DNA of 64,000 bases from Longimicrobiales bacterium (GTDB taxonomy: Bacteria; Gemmatimonadota; Gemmatimonadetes; Longimicrobiales; Gaopeijiaceae): assembly GCA_965226375.1 (NCBI GenBank), contig CBDDCX010000008.1, positions 1,824,001 through 1,888,000 of the forward strand. The letters run 5' to 3'. Below are positions 61,804-64,000 of the stretch, in pieces (within the stretch, counting starts at the first letter, position 1; the number at the start of each line of letters is the position of its first letter). A program made the translations under genes and the position numbers. Below the pieces are notes generated by a model, which worked only from the letters and a program-made list of their open reading frames with translations, searched no databases and was not told where the DNA came from.

Positions 61804-62817
61804 TCAATCGAGCCGTCTGTGCGTGGTCTCCGTCACGGAGCCGTCGGCCCTTGGCGGGGAAAGGTACACGTAAGTGGTGCGATCGAGCTGGCTGATCGGC
61901 TCCTCACCCTCCACGCCGATCATCCAGGGCTCGATGGACATGTCCCGCGGCCCGACTACGAAGGTCTGGTTCTCGATCCGGTAGGTGCCGCCGCTGGCCC
62001 AGAAGACGGGACGGTGTCTCTCGTTCCAGATCTTCGCGTATTGAACGGCAACGCGCTCATCGGGAGTCATCTGCGCCAGCTCGTCCGGCGTAACGACCTC
62101 CCTGCCCTTCCGCATCCAGACATAGGTCCAGTGCGTGTCGGTCACGTGGAACCAGTTGGTCCGATGGGGCGCCACCTGTTCCACCACACCGGTACCCGTG
62201 TGCCTTGTCGACATGACCTGCCAGTTGCCTCTCAGGTCGGCGGGATCCATTTGGCCCTGACGGGTGGTCGGCAGTCTGCCCATCGTGTCGAGGCGGCGAT
62301 GGGTGAACTTGCGCACTGGCTCGCCCGATCGCGGCACCGAGTGGTAGGCGTAGGCGGTGTCGTTCACGTAGAGGATCTCCTCCACGCCGCCCATCTGGAC
62401 CTGATAGGGCTCGATGGAGACCACATTCGTGTAGTCCATCCGGTTTCCGTCGAGTTCATATGTCCCGCCACTCCCCCAAAAACGCCATTGCTCGTCCTGG
62501 TCCCACATCTTGGCCCGGTTTTCACGGTACTGCGCGTCGGGAGCGAGCTGGGCGAAGTCGGCCGGCGTGCTGCCTTCCCTGCCGGGGCCCATCCACACGT
62601 AGGTCCAGTAGGAGTCGGTGTACTGAGTCCAGATGGTGCGCCGGTCGGCGATCCGGTCCACCTCTCCGGTGTCCAGGTTCTCGATGGTCATGAGCTGCCA
62701 CACACCCTGGAGCATGCCGTGGTCGATGGCCGCCGGCTGGTCCGAGGGCTGGTCGACTTGGGGTGCGCACGAGGCACCGGCGATAAGCAGGAACACAACG
62801 ATCGCGTAGCGTTTCAT
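61804..62817 (-). CDS. Lipoprotein with two tandem lipocalin-like domains
   Basis: GASC lipobox; duplicated GxWQ...WTYVWM...SGGTY...SIEP...THRRLD. Confidence 0.72.
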   Translation of the reverse strand: MKRYAIVVFLLIAGASCAPQVDQPSDQPAAIDHGMLQGVWQLMTIENLDTGEVDRIADRRTIWTQYTDSYWTYVWMGPGREGSTPADFAQLAPDAQYRENRAKMWDQDEQWRFWGSGGTYELDGNRMDYTNVVSIEPYQVQMGGVEEILYVNDTAYAYHSVPRSGEPVRKFTHRRLDTMGRLPTTRQGQMDPADLRGNWQVMSTRHTGTGVVEQVAPHRTNWFHVTDTHWTYVWMRKGREVVTPDELAQMTPDERVAVQYAKIWNERHRPVFWASGGTYRIENQTFVVGPRDMSIEPWMIGVEGEEPISQLDRTTYVYLSPPRADGSVTETTHRRLD

Positions 62818-62824
62818 GGAGATC

Positions 62825-64000
62825 CTATCTGAGCCCGATCCAATAGCTCGCTTTGATGGCAAAGAAATTGTCGCCGGGAGCCGCGATGGCATCGCCGAGC
62901 GAGCCGAAGTCGACCAACCCGCCACTGTCCGTGAACTCCGACCGGTTCTGCTGCCAAATCAAGTAGAGGGTGCTACCCGGGGCCCATTCCCACCGGACCA
63001 CCACATTCGAGCGCATGAACAGTCGGTTGAAGTCCAGGTCGGCGATCGTGAACGTCGTCGGCCCGTCGGTGACCACGTTGGAACCGTCGGGCTGTGGGGT
63101 GATCGTCGTCCCGTCGGTTCCGTACGTACGTAGGTCGTAGGACTGTGGGGCCGGCAGTTCGCCGAAGTCGTAGTATCGCCCGCTGGCCGCGAAGGGCTCG
63201 GCGTAGACTTCGACCGTCAGATCGGGCGTGAAGGAGTAGTCGAGCCGGATCGGTGTGGACAGTTGAGAGCGGTCGATAAGGGAGAAAATGTACCGGTTTC
63301 CGTAGGTGGCGGCTCCACCGTCATCACGCGTGGTAACGTATTGTCTCGAGGAGACCGTTCGGCGATACGTCAGATCGATCGACGCCTGCCACCGGGGAGC
63401 CAGCCGAAACTGGAGACGACCGGATACCGTCCGGCCCCAGCCACCGTTCTCATCCGTGTTGTAGTTGACCTGCCCGTTCCATGCGACACGGGCACTGGGG
63501 TTCCCTCTCAGGCGAAAATCGAACACCCACCCGCTCGGCGTGCCCATGAGCGGTCCGCCACGGGTCTGCGTGTCACTCATACCTCTAAATGTCCGCGACG
63601 TGGTATACCTGACGTTCCAGAAGTTGTGGAAATCGAGGGTGAGCGTCTGGTTCAGATTGGAGCTCTGACGTACGCCACCATACGACCAAGCATGCCGCGT
63701 GGAATGACCGAGATTCCAGAACCGGAAGATCTTCCCAGGCTGGGTATCCCTCAGCTGAAAGTCGGCGTTGAAGTCGAGGTCGTCGGCCGTTCGCATCTGC
63801 CCCAGGTCGTTGATCTCGAAACCGGGAGATCGGGCGTTCCCCCCGATGCCCCACACGGTCCACCTGCCGGCGTTTTTGTCGGCTCGGAGTCCCGCGCTGT
63901 ACCCGCTCAGCGACGTCAGCGACGGGTCGTAGGTGACATAGGTCTGGTCGGGCCTCTGGTAGTAGCGCGCGGAGGAGAGCTGTAGGTGCTCCATGGCCGC
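62825..64000 (-). CDS. DUF5916-like outer-membrane beta-barrel protein, C-terminal part
   Basis: SPGFEINDLG, RSNVVVRWEW.PGSTLYLIWQQ, KASYW. Confidence 0.8.
   Translation of the reverse strand, partial: AAMEHLQLSSARYYQRPDQTYVTYDPSLTSLSGYSAGLRADKNAGRWTVWGIGGNARSPGFEINDLGQMRTADDLDFNADFQLRDTQPGKIFRFWNLGHSTRHAWSYGGVRQSSNLNQTLTLDFHNFWNVRYTTSRTFRGMSDTQTRGGPLMGTPSGWVFDFRLRGNPSARVAWNGQVNYNTDENGGWGRTVSGRLQFRLAPRWQASIDLTYRRTVSSRQYVTTRDDGGAATYGNRYIFSLIDRSQLSTPIRLDYSFTPDLTVEVYAEPFAASGRYYDFGELPAPQSYDLRTYGTDGTTITPQPDGSNVVTDGPTTFTIADLDFNRLFMRSNVVVRWEWAPGSTLYLIWQQNRSEFTDSGGLVDFGSLGDAIAAPGDNFFAIKASYWIGLR

Overview
64 kb of high-GC bacterial chromosome, mostly metabolic and accessory genes. The gene content (PadR plus ADOP-type permeases, Ser/Thr kinase with PD40 repeats, DUF5916-like barrel, several secreted peptidases) suggests Gemmatimonadota or a similar lineage; this is inference. 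I recognised no rRNA, tRNA or CRISPR array. Main modules: TauE plus a CuyA/DcyD-family PLP lyase; arcA-argF with a gutted antiporter; a ComDE-like TPP decarboxylase pair; an ADOP permease split by an intact IS3-like element; an MhqO/MhqD-like pair; SDR-SSS-GH4; tdh-kbl-cyclophilin-ocd-dehydratase; and a NuoEF-fusion/FDH-alpha formate dehydrogenase. Points the ORF track misses: (1) two UGA-recoded selenoproteins, FDH alpha (CSRA-U-H, with a SECIS hairpin) and a DsbA/FrnE-like protein with U-P-W-C; (2) a multicopper-oxidase homolog that keeps every type-1 Cu ligand but has lost three trinuclear-cluster histidines, in a co-directional run with a His-rich beta-propeller, an amidohydrolase and the Sec-DsbA, which is my best candidate for an undescribed system; (3) three operator-like boxes at exact 18-bp spacing upstream of padR; (4) several genes reduced to fused N- and C-termini or carrying internal deletions; (5) single-base homopolymer frameshifts that look like long-read errors.
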